Shown here piece after piece: positions 23,825-36,220 of a stretch of DNA of 64,000 nt. The translations under genes and the position numbers were made by a program. A model generated the notes under the pieces. That model searched no databases. It was not told the origin of the DNA and saw only the letters and a list, made by a program, of their open reading frames with translations. The stretch is from Octopus vulgaris. Taxonomy: Eukaryota. Numbering within the stretch: position 1 is the stretch's first letter; each line of letters begins with the position of its first letter. The stretch is taken from positions 87,110,001 to 87,174,000 of the forward strand of contig OX597824.1 in NCBI GenBank assembly GCA_951406725.2, in the 5' to 3' direction.

Positions 23825-24672
23825 ATATTTTGTTGTCTTGGGAGGGTCATTATGACAATAATAAACACATGCACTGGTTCTGTTTCAATTCCTTTACTAT
23901 AATCAGTCGATTTACTCTCTTTTACTTGTTTCAGTCATTTGACTGTGGCCATGCTGGAGCACTGCCTTTGGTTGAGCAAATCAACCCCAGGACTTATTCT
24001 TTGTAAGCCTAGTACTTATTCTATCAGGCTCTTTTGCTGAACCGCTAAGTTATGGGGACATAAACACACCACCATCAGTAGTCAAGTGATGCTGGGGGGG
24101 ACAAACACAGACACACAAACACACACACATATATATACGACAGGCTTCTTTCAGTATCTGCCTACCAAATCCACTCAGAAGGCTTTGGTCAGCCGGAGGC
24201 TGTAGTAGAAGACACTTGCCCAATGTGCCACGCAGTGGGAATGAACCCGGAACCATGTGGTTGGTAAGCAAGCTACTTACCACACAGCTCACTCCTGCGC
24301 CTATGTTAACATTTCATGAATTAACTAATTGATTAACCGTTTTGTCAATCAATCAATCAATCAGCTAGATTCGTTTAAAGTCCTTTTGTCATCATTTGTG
24401 ACATCTTCAATAACCTGAAACAGGGCTGGAAGAGTGAGGGCCTATCATTGATGAAATCACAAACAGCAACAAAAGGACGTTGCTGATTGACTGACTGACT
24501 GATTGAATAATTAATCAAACAACTGATTAGTAAATTTGATAAATGTTAACGAAGTGAAACAGAACCAGTTCGTGTGTTTATTAATAATAGCATTATGACT
24601 CTTCTGAGGCATAAAAAAAAAAACCTGTTTCAATACAAGTTCACATCAAGAATCTTGCAAACCAAACACAAT
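23825..24672. repeat. Old, diverged asymmetric foldback element, left arm interrupted by a family A SINE
   Basis: 23825-23890 pairs with 24552-24612 and 24305-24410 pairs with 24447-24550; homologous to 44901-45133. Confidence 0.75.
23911..24303 (-). mobile_element. Family A SINE
   Basis: Full-length reverse-complement match. Confidence 0.9.
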
Positions 24673-24716
24673 AACAAAAGGAAATAGATTTTAGACATTT
24701 TGTTTTTTAAAAGTGC

Positions 24717-25120
24717 TTACTCTTTTACTTGTTTCAGTCATTTGACTGTGGCCATGCTGGAGCACCACCTTTTAGTCGAGCACATCGATCCCAGGACTTA
24801 TTAAGCCTAGTACTTATTCCATTGGTCTCTTTTGCCGAACCACTAAGTAACAGGGACATAAACACACCACCATCGGTTGTCAAGCGATGTTGGGGGGGGG
24901 GGGGACAAACATAGACGCATAAACACACACACACATACATACATATATACATACACATATACGATGGGCTTCTCTCAATTTCCGTCTACCAAACCCACTC
25001 ACAAGGCTTTGGTCGGCCTGAGGCTATAGTAGAAGACACTTGGTCAATGTGCCACGCAGTGGGAATGAACCCGGAACCATGAGGTTGGTAAGCAAGCTAC
25101 TTACCACACTGCCACTCCTG
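24717..25120 (-). mobile_element. Family A SINE
   Basis: Full-length reverse-complement match. Confidence 0.9.
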
Positions 25121-25214
25121 TTTAGTACAATCTCATTTACTTTCAGCAATGATAGTCTTTTAATGTAGTAACGATGGCTCAAAGCTACAATTTATTTGGG
25201 GATTCTTTTATTTT

Positions 25215-25623
25215 TTTTTACTTGCTTCAGTCATTTGATTGTGGCCATGCTGGAGCATCACCTTGAAGGGATTTAGTTGAACAAATCGACCCCAGATTTT
25301 ATTTTTTTTTAAAAGCCTAGTACTTATTCTATTGGTCTTTTTTGCTGAACTGCTAAGTTACGGGGATGTAAACACACCAACATTGGTTGACAAGCGATGA
25401 CATGGGGACAAACACAGACACACACACATACAAATACATACATATATATGTAAATATATATATAAATAACAGGTTTCTTTTAGTTTCCGTCTACCAAATC
25501 CATTCACAAGGCTTTGGTTAGCCCAAGGCTATGGTAAAAGACACTTGCCCAAGGTGCCACACAGTGGGACTGAACCTGGAATCATGTGGTTGAGAAGCAA
25601 GCTTCTTACCACACAGCCACACC
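25215..25623 (-). mobile_element. Family A SINE
   Basis: Full-length reverse-complement match. Confidence 0.85.
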
Positions 25624-25812
25624 TTATTTACAATTGACGGATATTTGTCATCATCTTGTTTGTTGTTAACACAGTGTTTCGGCTGATGTGCCCTCCAGCC
25701 TTCATCAGGTATATCAGCTGAAACGTGTTAACAAACAAGATGAGGACAAATATCCATCAATTGTAAATAACGTAAATTATGTACATAAGTCCTCATCTCT
25801 TAAATATAGAGC
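25624..25812. repeat. Asymmetric foldback element centred on a hammerhead-like core
   Basis: 25624-25686 pairs with 25713-25770; minus-strand centre CTGATGA-A-GGCTG[10 nt]CAGCC-GAAA; second copy at 26193-26320. Confidence 0.8.
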
Positions 25813-25932
25813 TGTAGTATCTAATCGGTACAGAGCCGACATTAGACTTTAATGGAGACATATAGAGAAACTCCATCAAAAACTAGCTTGTCTTTCAAAC
25901 CATCTAACTTTCCTGTGTAGAAGCTAATACCA

Positions 25933-26190
25933 CATCATCATCATCATCGTTTAACGTCCGCTTTCCATGCTGGCATGGGTTGGACGATTTTGACTGACGT
26001 CTGGCGAACCAGATGGCTGCATCAGGCTCCAGTCTGATCTGGCAGAGCTTCTACAGCTGGATGCCCTTCCTAACACCAACCACTCTGAGAGTGTAGTGGG
26101 TGTTTTTATGTGCCACTGGCACGATGGCCAGTCAAGCGGTACTGGCAATAGCCATGCTCAAATGTTGCTTTTTATGTGCCACCTGCACAA
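25933..26190 (-). mobile_element. Family E element
   Basis: (CAT)n-CGTTTAACGTCCGCTTTCCATGC end and CTGGATGCCCTTCCTAA motif. Confidence 0.85.
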
Positions 26191-27039
26191 AGGACACACC
26201 TGAATGAAAGCTAGAGGGTAGTATATCAGCCGAAATGTGTTAACAACAAACAAGATGAGGACAAATATCCATCAATTGTAAATAATGTACATAATTCCTC
26301 ATCTCTTAAATATAGAACAGCCACACCTGTATCAATTACTATTTTCTAATTTTCCTTTTGTTTTTTTTTGGCCAACAAACTATTTGATTTTCACTGTTTG
26401 CATTTATTGGCAAAAACGAAAAAAAAAAAAGAAAGAAAAATGACCATCCCCATATATAATAACAATATCTGTTTCAACACACAACTTCACATCAAGAATC
26501 TTCGCAGAACAAATACAATTTATCAATTACACACAAACACGAGGAGACGGAGAAGTGGAGGTGGCTTCGAAATAACAACCGAGATGTTTAGAGATGTATT
26601 GGAGCGACAGTTAATCTTCTACAAATTCAAACATAGCTGTACGTTTAACCAGCGTAAGATACACAATAACAGAAAGCACGCCTGAAACAAACAGCAGGTT
26701 AATGGAGCTTAATGAGAATTTCCTGTGTATTGATTAAAACAATGACATATTTACAGGTGTTTTGTTGGTTATTTTGCTTTTTTTTTTTTCGGCTTTTTTC
26801 CCCCCCCCACTTTTTATTGAAACTGGGTTATTGATCTGCATCAGGATGTTTAATGAGATCCTTATCTCATCTACGGAAGGACCGCGCCGATTGATATTGT
26901 AGAGTTTTAAAAGTCATGAGATAGGATTTACAGACGTTCTGACATACTAACATGGATCACAAAGGAATTTTAATTCAACAACATATGCTAATTAATGTTA
27001 ATTGATCCATCAAATGAGGGATTTTCTCTCTAATATCAA

Positions 27040-27569
27040 TCATGGGGCAAACTGCAACCCACACAATGCAACAAAAAAATTACCTATTTCTTTACTACCC
27101 ACAAGGGTAGAGAGGACAAACAAGGACAGACAAACGGATTAAGTCAATTATATCGACCCCAGTGCGTAACTGGTACTTAATTTATCGACTCCAAAAGGAT
27201 GAAAGGCAAAGTCTACCTCATCGGAATTTGAACTCAGAACATAATGGCAAACAAAATACCTATTTCGTTACTACCCACAAGGGGTTAAACACAGAGAGGA
27301 CAAACAAGGACAGACAAACAGATTAAGTCGATTACATCGACCCCAGTGCGTAACTGGTACTTAATTTATCAACTCTGAAAGGATGAAAGACAAAGTCGAC
27401 CTCGGCGGAATTTGAACTCAGAATGTAACGGCAGACGAAATACGGCTATACATTTCGCCCGGCATGCTAACGATTCTGCCAGCTCGCCTTTCTTTTCAGT
27501 AATGCGGCCCCACATGATGTTGAGCAATGACTCATGTGGCCCACTTCTCCAAAAAGTTGCCCATGCCTG
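27040..27569. mobile_element. hAT-type MITE hosting a family B dimer
   Basis: CATGGGGCAAAC ... GTTGCCCATGCCTG ends with GCGGCCC subterminal repeats; related copy at 45248-45437. Confidence 0.55.
27081..27489 (-). mobile_element. Family B SINE dimer
   Basis: Two bodies joined at AAATACCTATTTC (~27254-27266); single head. Confidence 0.9.
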
Positions 27570-28161
27570 CTCTATATGATTGCTTCACCAATTAGAAATA
27601 GCAGCCAAATCTTACTCAAATTACACCATACTATCTTATAATAAAGATAGTACACATTAGATAATGTCTTCCTAGATACACTATGTCTCAATAAAAGAGG
27701 AGAGAAGTTCAAGACAAACATAGTTGATCATAATTCTGCTGGATCATGAATTACTTGGATCTAAACAACACTAATTCCTTCCACACACACACACACACCA
27801 CCACCACTGCCACCACAACCATCATCACCATCCTTTAACATCTGTTTTCCATGCTAGTAAGGTTTGGACAGTTTAACAGGATCCAAAGATCCAGAGGACT
27901 GCACCAAATCCAGTGTCTTCTCTGTTATACTTTCTATGGCTGGATGTCCTTCCTAATGCCAACCACTTTACAGAATGTACTGGGCGCTTGTTATGAAGCA
28001 TCAGCATCAATGAGGTTACCATGACAAAGAAGATGATTCCTCTTCTGAGTGGGGTTGTAGTAAAAAGAGGGGTGGCTTTATGCCAGATGTTGAAAGGCTA
28101 AAGTATGACAAAGGGACTGGTACAACTGTTTTGCTTTAGAGAAAATACCTGGCTACCCTGT

Positions 28162-28495
28162 GAAGACACATGGATCAGTGGTTAGAGCGTTGGGCTCACA
28201 ATCATGATATAGTGAGTTCAATTCCTGGATTGGGCTGCGTGTTGCGTTCTTGGGCAAGACACTTTATTTCACATTGCTCCAGTTCACTCAGCTGTAGAAA
28301 TGAGTTGCGACATCATTGGTGCCAAGCTGTATCAGCATTTGCCTTTCCCTTGGATAACACTGGTGGCATGGAGAGGGGATGCTGGTATGCATGGGTGACT
28401 GCTGGTCTTCCTTAAACAAATTTGCCTGGATTTGCGCCGCAGAGGGGAACTTTCTAGGTGCAATCCCATGGTCATTCTTGACCGAAGGGGGTCTT
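28162..28495 (+). mobile_element. Family C CORE-type SINE, tail type 4
   Basis: Reverse complement of 18207-18549. Confidence 0.85.
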
Positions 28496-28524
28496 TACTA
28501 TTTTGCCTTGTATTATATAAGGAT

Positions 28525-28817
28525 CTTCTCTTCTTGTCTTGAGACAGCATTCACCCGGGGTGGGTTGAGCTGGCTTCATTCATCCTCAATGCTGCATCTC
28601 TCACAAATGCCAACCAGGCCTGGCGATTTGAGGCTAACGACTGCGTGATCTCCAACCACTCCTTATTCCAGTGGCGAACGCAGTGGACATGGGGGCCTAG
28701 GTTGGGTTCCAGATCAGCCTTGACTGTCATCAGCCAGGTTTTTCGTTGTCCACCACATCGCTTTTGCCAATCCTGAAGGGGAGCTGGGGCAATTGCTTCG
28801 TAGATGAATTCTCCAGA
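28525..28817 (-). mobile_element. 5'-truncated RTE-clade LINE (ORF2 C-terminus, frame still open)
   Basis: GEFIYEAIAPAPLQDWQKRCGGQRKTWLMTVKADL...WNKEWLEITQSLASNRQAWLAFVRD...*; 13-bp TSD ATTATATAAGGAT at 28512-28524 and 28818-28830. Confidence 0.85.
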
Positions 28818-29517
28818 ATTATATAAGGATGGGTGGGGGTAACTGGAAAGTAGACAATGATGGTGGTGGTGAAGAGGTGTCAGAGCATACTCTCAAGATC
28901 TGAGGTGAGGGTGAAAGAGAATACAGAAGAGAGGGTGGATAAGTTCATTAGTGTGAGAGGAGGGTGCCGGGGGGGGGGGGATAGAAATGGGGAGTGGTGG
29001 AGGTAAATGTAGTGAAGGATGTACAAAGGTGAAAGTGCAGTTGATGGTAAATATCAATATGGGGTGGGAGTGGGTTGAAATAAATGGGAGTGGCTCAGGA
29101 AAAAAGGAGGTGATAAGTGACAGTACAGGAAGGGTGGAAAGCAGCTGTATAATAAATTTGTAGACAGAGTAGAAAACAAGGAGTTGATACATGGGGTAGG
29201 AGGGGTTAGAGAGAGAGGCGGAGAGAGAAAGGGAGAGTGAGAGAGAAGTAAGACATATGTACTAGTAGCTATAGTTAGTGGTGGACAGGGTCAAAGGTGG
29301 GGTGAAACCATTGACCTGAGATAAGAGAGGGTGTTAAAGCTAGAGGTATGTTAGTCCTAAGATGTGGCTCATAGGAGAGGAAGGGAGAGAGGAGAGAGAT
29401 GATTGATAGAAAATAGAGTGGGAAGGGATGGTATATCCAGAGAGAGAGGGTGAAGTAAATGGTAATACAAAGAGGGAGGGGGGGAAACGAAATATGCACA
29501 GATACTGCTATCATACG

Positions 29518-29893
29518 CTTTTACTTGTTTCAGTCATTTGACTGTGGCCATGCTGGAGCACTGCCTTTAGTTGAGCAACTCTTTGTATGCCCTGTACCCA
29601 TTCCATCGGTCTCCTTTGCCGAACCGCTAAGTTCGTAAACACACCAACATCGGCTGTCAAGTGATGTTGGGGGAACAAACACAGATACACAAACATATAC
29701 ACACACACACACATATATATACATATATACGATGGGCTTCTTTCAGTTTCTGTCTACCAAATCCACTCAAAAGGCTCTGGTCAGCCCAAGGCTATAGTAG
29801 AAGACACTTGCCCAAGGTGCCACGCAGTGGGACTGAACCCGAGACCATGTGGTTGGTAAGCAAGCTACTTACCACGCAGCCACTCCTACGCCT
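29518..29893 (-). mobile_element. Family A SINE
   Basis: Reverse-complement match. Confidence 0.85.
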
Positions 29894-30059
29894 AAACTTA
29901 ATAAAAGAGTGAAGAGAGAGGTATTAGGAAGATGAGTGGTGGGGAGAGATTAGGTGTAGGGGCAGGGCCCAGTGAGTATAAAGACCAGTGGTTCAAAACC
30001 ACCTTTTGCCAATGAATTCCTATTTCACTCTGCTGCACCTCTGTGTTAGGCATGATATA

Positions 30060-30405
30060 TACTCTTTTAGTCTTTTATTTATTTTGGTCATTTTAACTGC
30101 AGGCCATGCTGGAGCACCGCTTTTTGTCGAACAAATCGACCCCCCCAGGACTTTACTCTTTGTAAGCCTAGTACTTATTCTATCGGTCACTTTTGCTGAA
30201 CCACTAAGTTACAGGGATGTAAACACACCAACATCGGTGTGTATATACACACGATGAGCTTCTTTCAGTTTCTGTGTAACAGATCCACTCACAAGGCTTT
30301 GGTCAGCTATAGTAGAAGACACTTGCCCAAGGTGCCATGCAATGGGGCTGAACCCAGAACCATGTGGTCAGTAAGCAAGCTACTTAGCACACAACCATTC
30401 CTGCA

Positions 30406-30410
<5 letters not shown>
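30060..30410 (-). mobile_element. Family A SINE with internal deletion
   Basis: Reverse-complement match. Confidence 0.8.
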
Positions 30411-30441
<31 letters not shown>

Positions 30442-30684
30442 AAGTCCTAATATTTGTTTACCATGATGGCATGGTTTGGGTGGTTTAACCAGAGCTAGCA
30501 AGCTGTAGATCTGCGGGATATTCCAGTCTGATTTGGCTTGGGTTCTAAAGATGGATGCCTTTCCTAATGCCAACCACTTTACAGAGTGTGCCTGGTGCTT
30601 TTAACATGGCACGGGCACAAGGTTCTTGCTGGCCGATCCTCTTTACCAGTGGATGCAGTCTTTACATCTCTGCTGTGGAGGACA

Positions 30685-30886
30685 GGTTCTCTTGAGTACA
30701 GCAAGGCGCTGGGTATCTTGGTCCTTTGTCATCTCACCCAAAAGGGTCAGCATCCTGAGGTTGTCCTCCAACACTTTGTCCCATGTCTTCCTGGGTCTCC
30801 ATCTTCCACGAGTACCATCCACTTTGAGAGATCAACACTTCTTTATGGAGCTGACAGCATCCATCTACATCTCATAACCAAACCAG
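30685..30886 (-). mobile_element. Decayed RTE-clade LINE ORF2 C-terminal fragment, adjoining a family E fragment (30460-30620)
   Basis: WFGYEM*MD...KKC*SLKVDGTRGRWRPRKTWDKVLEDNL...MTKDQ with in-frame stops. Confidence 0.75.
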
Positions 30887-30934
30887 CTCTGAAATATTTA
30901 TCTATACTGACACACACACATCTTGTCTTCCCTT

Positions 30935-30991
<57 letters not shown>

Positions 30992-31209
30992 GTATACAAA
31001 ATTAGAGAATGGAGAAACATATTTAAATCAATAAAACATCAACTATCCGATGATACTCAATCCATACTTTAATACACCATTACATAGGAGTAAAGGCAAT
31101 ATATAAAATGAAATGAAATGAGATATACAGTAATAGTAAAAGTAAAAAGATAAAGAGATATAAGTAAAAAATTACAAATACAATATGCAAATCCCTATCT
31201 CATTTTATA

Positions 31210-31214
31210 ATATA

Positions 31215-31245
<31 letters not shown>

Positions 31246-31340
31246 TCATAACACACCTTGTTGTTTCTCCTTTTATAATCTCTCTCTCACAACACACAAA
31301 TCTACATGTATTTATCTCTCTATTCACACCCATATGCTTT

Positions 31341-31379
<39 letters not shown>

Positions 31380-31401
31380 GTATATATATATATATATTTA
31401 C

Positions 31402-31444
<43 letters not shown>

Positions 31445-31489
31445 ATATATATATATATATTTACGTATATATATATGTATATATATATA

Positions 31490-31533
<44 letters not shown>

Positions 31534-31939
31534 GTATATATATATATATTTATGTATATATATATATATACACACACACGTATATATATATTTACGTATA
31601 TATATATTTATAACACACACGTATATATATATTTACGTATATATATGTGTGTATATATATATATATATAAATATAAATATATATAAATATAAATATATAT
31701 ATCTATAAATATATATATATATATATAATATATATATATAATATATATATATATAATATATATATAAATATAAACATATATATATATATATATATATTTA
31801 TTTATATATATATATATATATATTTATATATGTATATATATATATATATTATTTATGTATATATATATATATATTTATTTATGTATATATATATATATAT
31901 ATTTATTTATGTATGTATATATATATATATATATTTATT

Positions 31940-31985
<46 letters not shown>

Positions 31986-31990
31986 TAGAT
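31210..31990. repeat. Very long compound (AT)n microsatellite
   Basis: Direct inspection; interrupted by recurring TTTACG and TTTATG units. Confidence 0.95.
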
Positions 31991-32834
31991 ATATATGCAT
32001 ACACATACACACATTCACCTAGTTTTATATATTAATGCGTACACGCCTCACCACACACACACACACAGAGCTAAAACAGAAATACGCTTACAGATACGCA
32101 CGCATAGCACTACTTAGTTAAAAAACAACATTAACTTCCACCACGGATGATTTTCGGTGATAAGTCGGTCGTTCGTAACAGCAACAGCAACAACAACGTT
32201 AGGTGGAGAGAAACTAAGTGAACGCGCAACGACCGACCGACCACACCCCGTTCCTATCTGCTGTATTGATTGCCATTAAGAACAATCAATGCTTGTTATG
32301 GTGAACCTGATAATAATGCAGTCCGCAAGCAGTCTGAACCTTGTTTTAAAGCCAAAAGGTCATGGGGTGGTGGGGGTGGAGACGGAAGAAAAAAAAAAGA
32401 CAAACAATAATTTAACATGCATATGTATGTCTTTATACACACAGGTATTATATGCACAGGTATTATATGCACGGTGTTCTTTTTTCCACCCCACCCCCCG
32501 TCAGGTTTTACACTAAATGATGCGTGTGCACATACACACATACGCACACACGCGGAAATTTGATGAAAGAGTAACTCGATACGTGTAATAGGTTTTATTT
32601 ATATTAGTCAATCAAGGTGATGATGACCGACTTCTCTGCACCTCTGAGTTTCTTCTCACCTGCATGAGGTATGTGGTTATTCAGGTAATGGAACGAAGTA
32701 ATCACCACTCACATACAAAGGTGTAAGTATGTGTGCGCATACAGTCAGACAAACACACACACACAAATATATATATATATATAAATAAAATAATAATAAT
32801 GAACTTATTGTATACAGTGCTCAGGTGCACCACA

Positions 32835-33005
32835 AGTAAAAAGCACCCACTACACTCACAGAGTGGTTGGCATTAGGAAGGGCATCCAGCTGTAGAAACA
32901 CTGCCAGATCAGACTGGAGCCTGGTGCAGCCTTCTGGCTTCCCAGATCCCGGTCGAACCGTCCAACCCATGCTAGCATGGAAAACAGACGTTAAACGATG
33001 ATGAT
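32835..33005 (+). mobile_element. Family E element, 3' part
   Basis: Same motif and (GAT)n tail as 22795-23018. Confidence 0.85.
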
Positions 33006-33039
33006 ATATATATGTGTACGTATGTATGTATATATATGT

Positions 33040-33340
33040 CATGGACTCTCCTGTCATTAGACAATGTATGAGAGTTCGGCAATTTCTTACCAAAGAACCA
33101 CACAGATGATGTGTTTGTGGTGATCAAATGTTTCTGTTCACATAAGCTCACTCCCTCCATCAAATCGACATCACCTGTACAGGTGCACTGTGTGCCACAT
33201 GTCAGATGATGAAATGATCGCAGAGCAATGTGAAACGAAGTGCTTTGCTCAAGAACACAGCACAACGCCCAGTCTGGGAATTGAAACCACGATCTCGCAA
33301 TTGTGAGTGCAACACCCTAACCACTAAGCCATGCACTTTC
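33040..33340 (-). mobile_element. Family C-like SINE head with another tail (type 5)
   Basis: tRNA-like head GCATGGCTTAGTGGTTAGGG and GTGTTCTTGAGCAAAGCACTTC, then diverges from the other C copies. Confidence 0.7.
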
Positions 33341-33350
33341 ATATATATAT

Positions 33351-33654
33351 AGGCACAGACATGGCTGTGTAGCAAGTAGCATGCTTACCAGCCACATGAT
33401 TCCCGTTCAGTCCCACTGTGTGGCACCTTGAGCAAGTGTCTTCTACTATAGCCTCGGGCCGACCAAAACCTTGTGAGTGGATTTGGTAGACAGAAACTAA
33501 TAGAAGCCTGTGTGGTAAGTAGCTTGCTTACTAACCACATGGTTCTGGGTTCAGTCCCACTGTGTGGCACCTTGGGCAAGTGTCTTCTACTATAGCCTCA
33601 GGCCGACCAAAGCCTTGTGAGTGGATTTGGTAGACAGAAACTGAAAGAAGCCCG

Positions 33655-33657
<3 letters not shown>
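33351..33657 (+). mobile_element. Family A 5' half, tandemly duplicated
   Basis: Two consecutive head modules (33351-33508 and 33509-33657) ending in (TA)n. Confidence 0.8.
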
Positions 33658-33694
<37 letters not shown>

Positions 33695-33835
33695 TTTACT
33701 CGAATGGGCTACAGAGCCCAAATAATGACTAATACAAAACATCATTAAATGTCTTTTTCCAGGTCATGCTATTAAATTAGACATGGCCTTAGCCAATTCT
33801 GCTGGAACATATCTAAGTATGAAAATTTGTGTGTG

Positions 33836-33881
<46 letters not shown>

Positions 33882-34071
33882 TATCATGACCACCATCATC
33901 ATCATCATCATCTAACATCCATTTTCCATGCTGGCATAGGCTTGACAGAAAACTGGTAACCTGAACTAGGTTTCAATCTGATTTGGCAAGGTTTCTACAG
34001 CTGGATGCCCTTAGTGATGCCAACCACTCCAAGAGTGTGTGTGTGTGTGTGTATGTATGTATACATATACA

Positions 34072-34107
<36 letters not shown>

Positions 34108-34727
34108 TGTAAGATATAATCATTTTACATGTCATGTTTTACATATCTTACATACTGCTGCAGCTCAGAACAATGAATATAGAACAGGACTGACTCGTTG
34201 AGGAATTTTATAAAGAATATTCATGAAGTGCAGAAACATAATGAATAGATTTTTTTAAAAAATCCTTTTTACCAGAAGACAATTCTCATCTCAAAAAAAC
34301 ACAAAAAAACCCCTAGCAGAATGGGTGATTCTTCTTCTTCTTTTTACTAAACATGCCTTAATGTTTTGCATTTTCATTTATAAACAACTGCGTCTTTCAG
34401 ATCAAATATTCCATTTCTTAGTGCAGTCATATTAGCTTTGTGTCTTTTTTGTTCTTCTTCTCTTTTACAAGTTTTTAGACAATGGTAAAAGAACGAAATA
34501 AAAAATGGAATATTTCTTTAAAAGTGGCCAACCTCACATAAACATCTGTTGGTTGGAACTGAATTCTTGTATTATGTAGAATGTGAAAGAAAGAAAGAGA
34601 GAAAAGAAAGGAAAATATGCAACAATAAACACACACACACACATACTCATAAATATGCAAATATGCATCTGATTAGCATATGTGTGGGTTGTACAATCTA
34701 AAACCTTTTCAATATTTATTGACATTA

Positions 34728-35520
34728 AGGGAGCAAGCTGATGGAATCATTAGCATGCAGGGCAAAATGGTTCACTGCATTTTGCCTGTCTTTACATTCT
34801 GAGTTCAAATTCTGCTAAAGTCGACTTTGCCTTTCATCCTTTTGGTGGGGTCGATAAAATAAGTACCAGTTACGTATTGGGTTCAATGTAACTGACTAGC
34901 CCCACCATCTCCCAAAAAGGCTGGCCTTGTGCTAAAATTTAGAATTCATATTTATTCACAGCAAGCTGGCAGAATCATTAACACATCCGACAAAAATGCT
35001 TAGTGACATTACACCCATCTTTATGTACCGAGTTCAAATCCTGATGGGGTTGACTTAGCCTTTCATCCTTTCGGGGTCAGTAAAATAAGTACTAGTTGTG
35101 CACGGGGGAGGAGGAGGGGTTCGATGAAATTAACTATTCCACTCCTTTGAAAAGGCTGGCCTTGTGATAAAATACAAAAACCAATATTTATTCACATTAA
35201 GGTGGTGAGCTGGCAGAATTCTTAGCATATAGGCATAGGAGTGGCTGTGTGGTAAGTAGCCTGCTTACCAATCACATGGTTCCGGTTTCAGTCCCACGCA
35301 TGGCACCTTGGGCATGTGTCTTCAACAATAGCCTCGGGCCAATCAAAGCCTTGTGATTGGATTTGGTAGATGGAAACTGAAAGAAGCCCGTCATATATAT
35401 GTATGTGTGTTTCCCCACCCCCCACCCCCAACATCGCTTGACAACCGATGCTGGGGTTGATGTGATCAACTTACCCCCCTCTGAAATTGCTGGCCTTGTG
35501 CCAAAATCTGAAACCAATAT
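34728..35520 (+). mobile_element. Three tandem family B short-tail SINEs, the third interrupted by a family A head
   Basis: Repeated AGCTG(G)CAGAAT...GCCTTTCATCC...GGCCTTGTG units each followed by ATATTTATTCAC; family A at 35232-35452. Confidence 0.75.
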
Positions 35521-35849
35521 TCACATAGGCATAGGCATGGCCATGTGGTTAAGGAGCTTGCTGTGTAACCTTGTGGTTTTGGGATCAATCCCAGTATGTG
35601 GCACCTTGGGCAAGCGTCTTCTACTATAGCCCATCAGGCAAGTGGTGTCGTTTGTTTGCCACCTTCATTGAAATGTTATCTAACTTGGGAACAGTTGAGG
35701 GTTGAAGATAGAGAGAGGATCCTGATATACCAAATCTGCCTCAATGAAATTTGTCTGACCCATGCAAGTGAATGAAACTGTACATTAAAACAGTGTGTGT
35801 GTGTGTGAGAGAGAGAGAAAGAGAGAGAGTAAGATAGATACACACACAG

Positions 35850-35929
35850 GTAGGTAGGTAGATAGATAGACAGGTAACTAGTTAGATCAATCGACCGATA
35901 GATAGATATACTGACAGACAAACAGACAG

Positions 35930-35986
<57 letters not shown>

Positions 35987-36041
35987 CATACATAGATAAA
36001 CAGATAGATAGGTAGACAGATAGATAGACAGATAAATAGAT

Positions 36042-36072
<31 letters not shown>

Positions 36073-36134
36073 TAGACAGACAGATAAATAGATAGATGGA
36101 TAGAGAGATAGATGTACAGATAGATAGATATAGT

Positions 36135-36171
<37 letters not shown>

Positions 36172-36220
36172 GATAGATGTACAGATAAATAGACAGATAA
36201 ATAGATAGATATACAGATGA
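35850..36220. repeat. (GATA)n/(GACA)n tetranucleotide repeat
   Basis: Direct inspection. Confidence 0.95.

Noticed and set aside
28830-29510. Long purine-rich degenerate tract
   Set aside because: Low-complexity sequence, probably decayed repeat; no ORF or termini that allow classification.
31185-31708. YI-repeat ORFs (also at 7.1-8.2, 37.2-37.6 and 58.8-59.7 kb) and ER/LS ORFs at 4.6-5.0 kb
   Set aside because: Dinucleotide microsatellites lack stop codons by construction.
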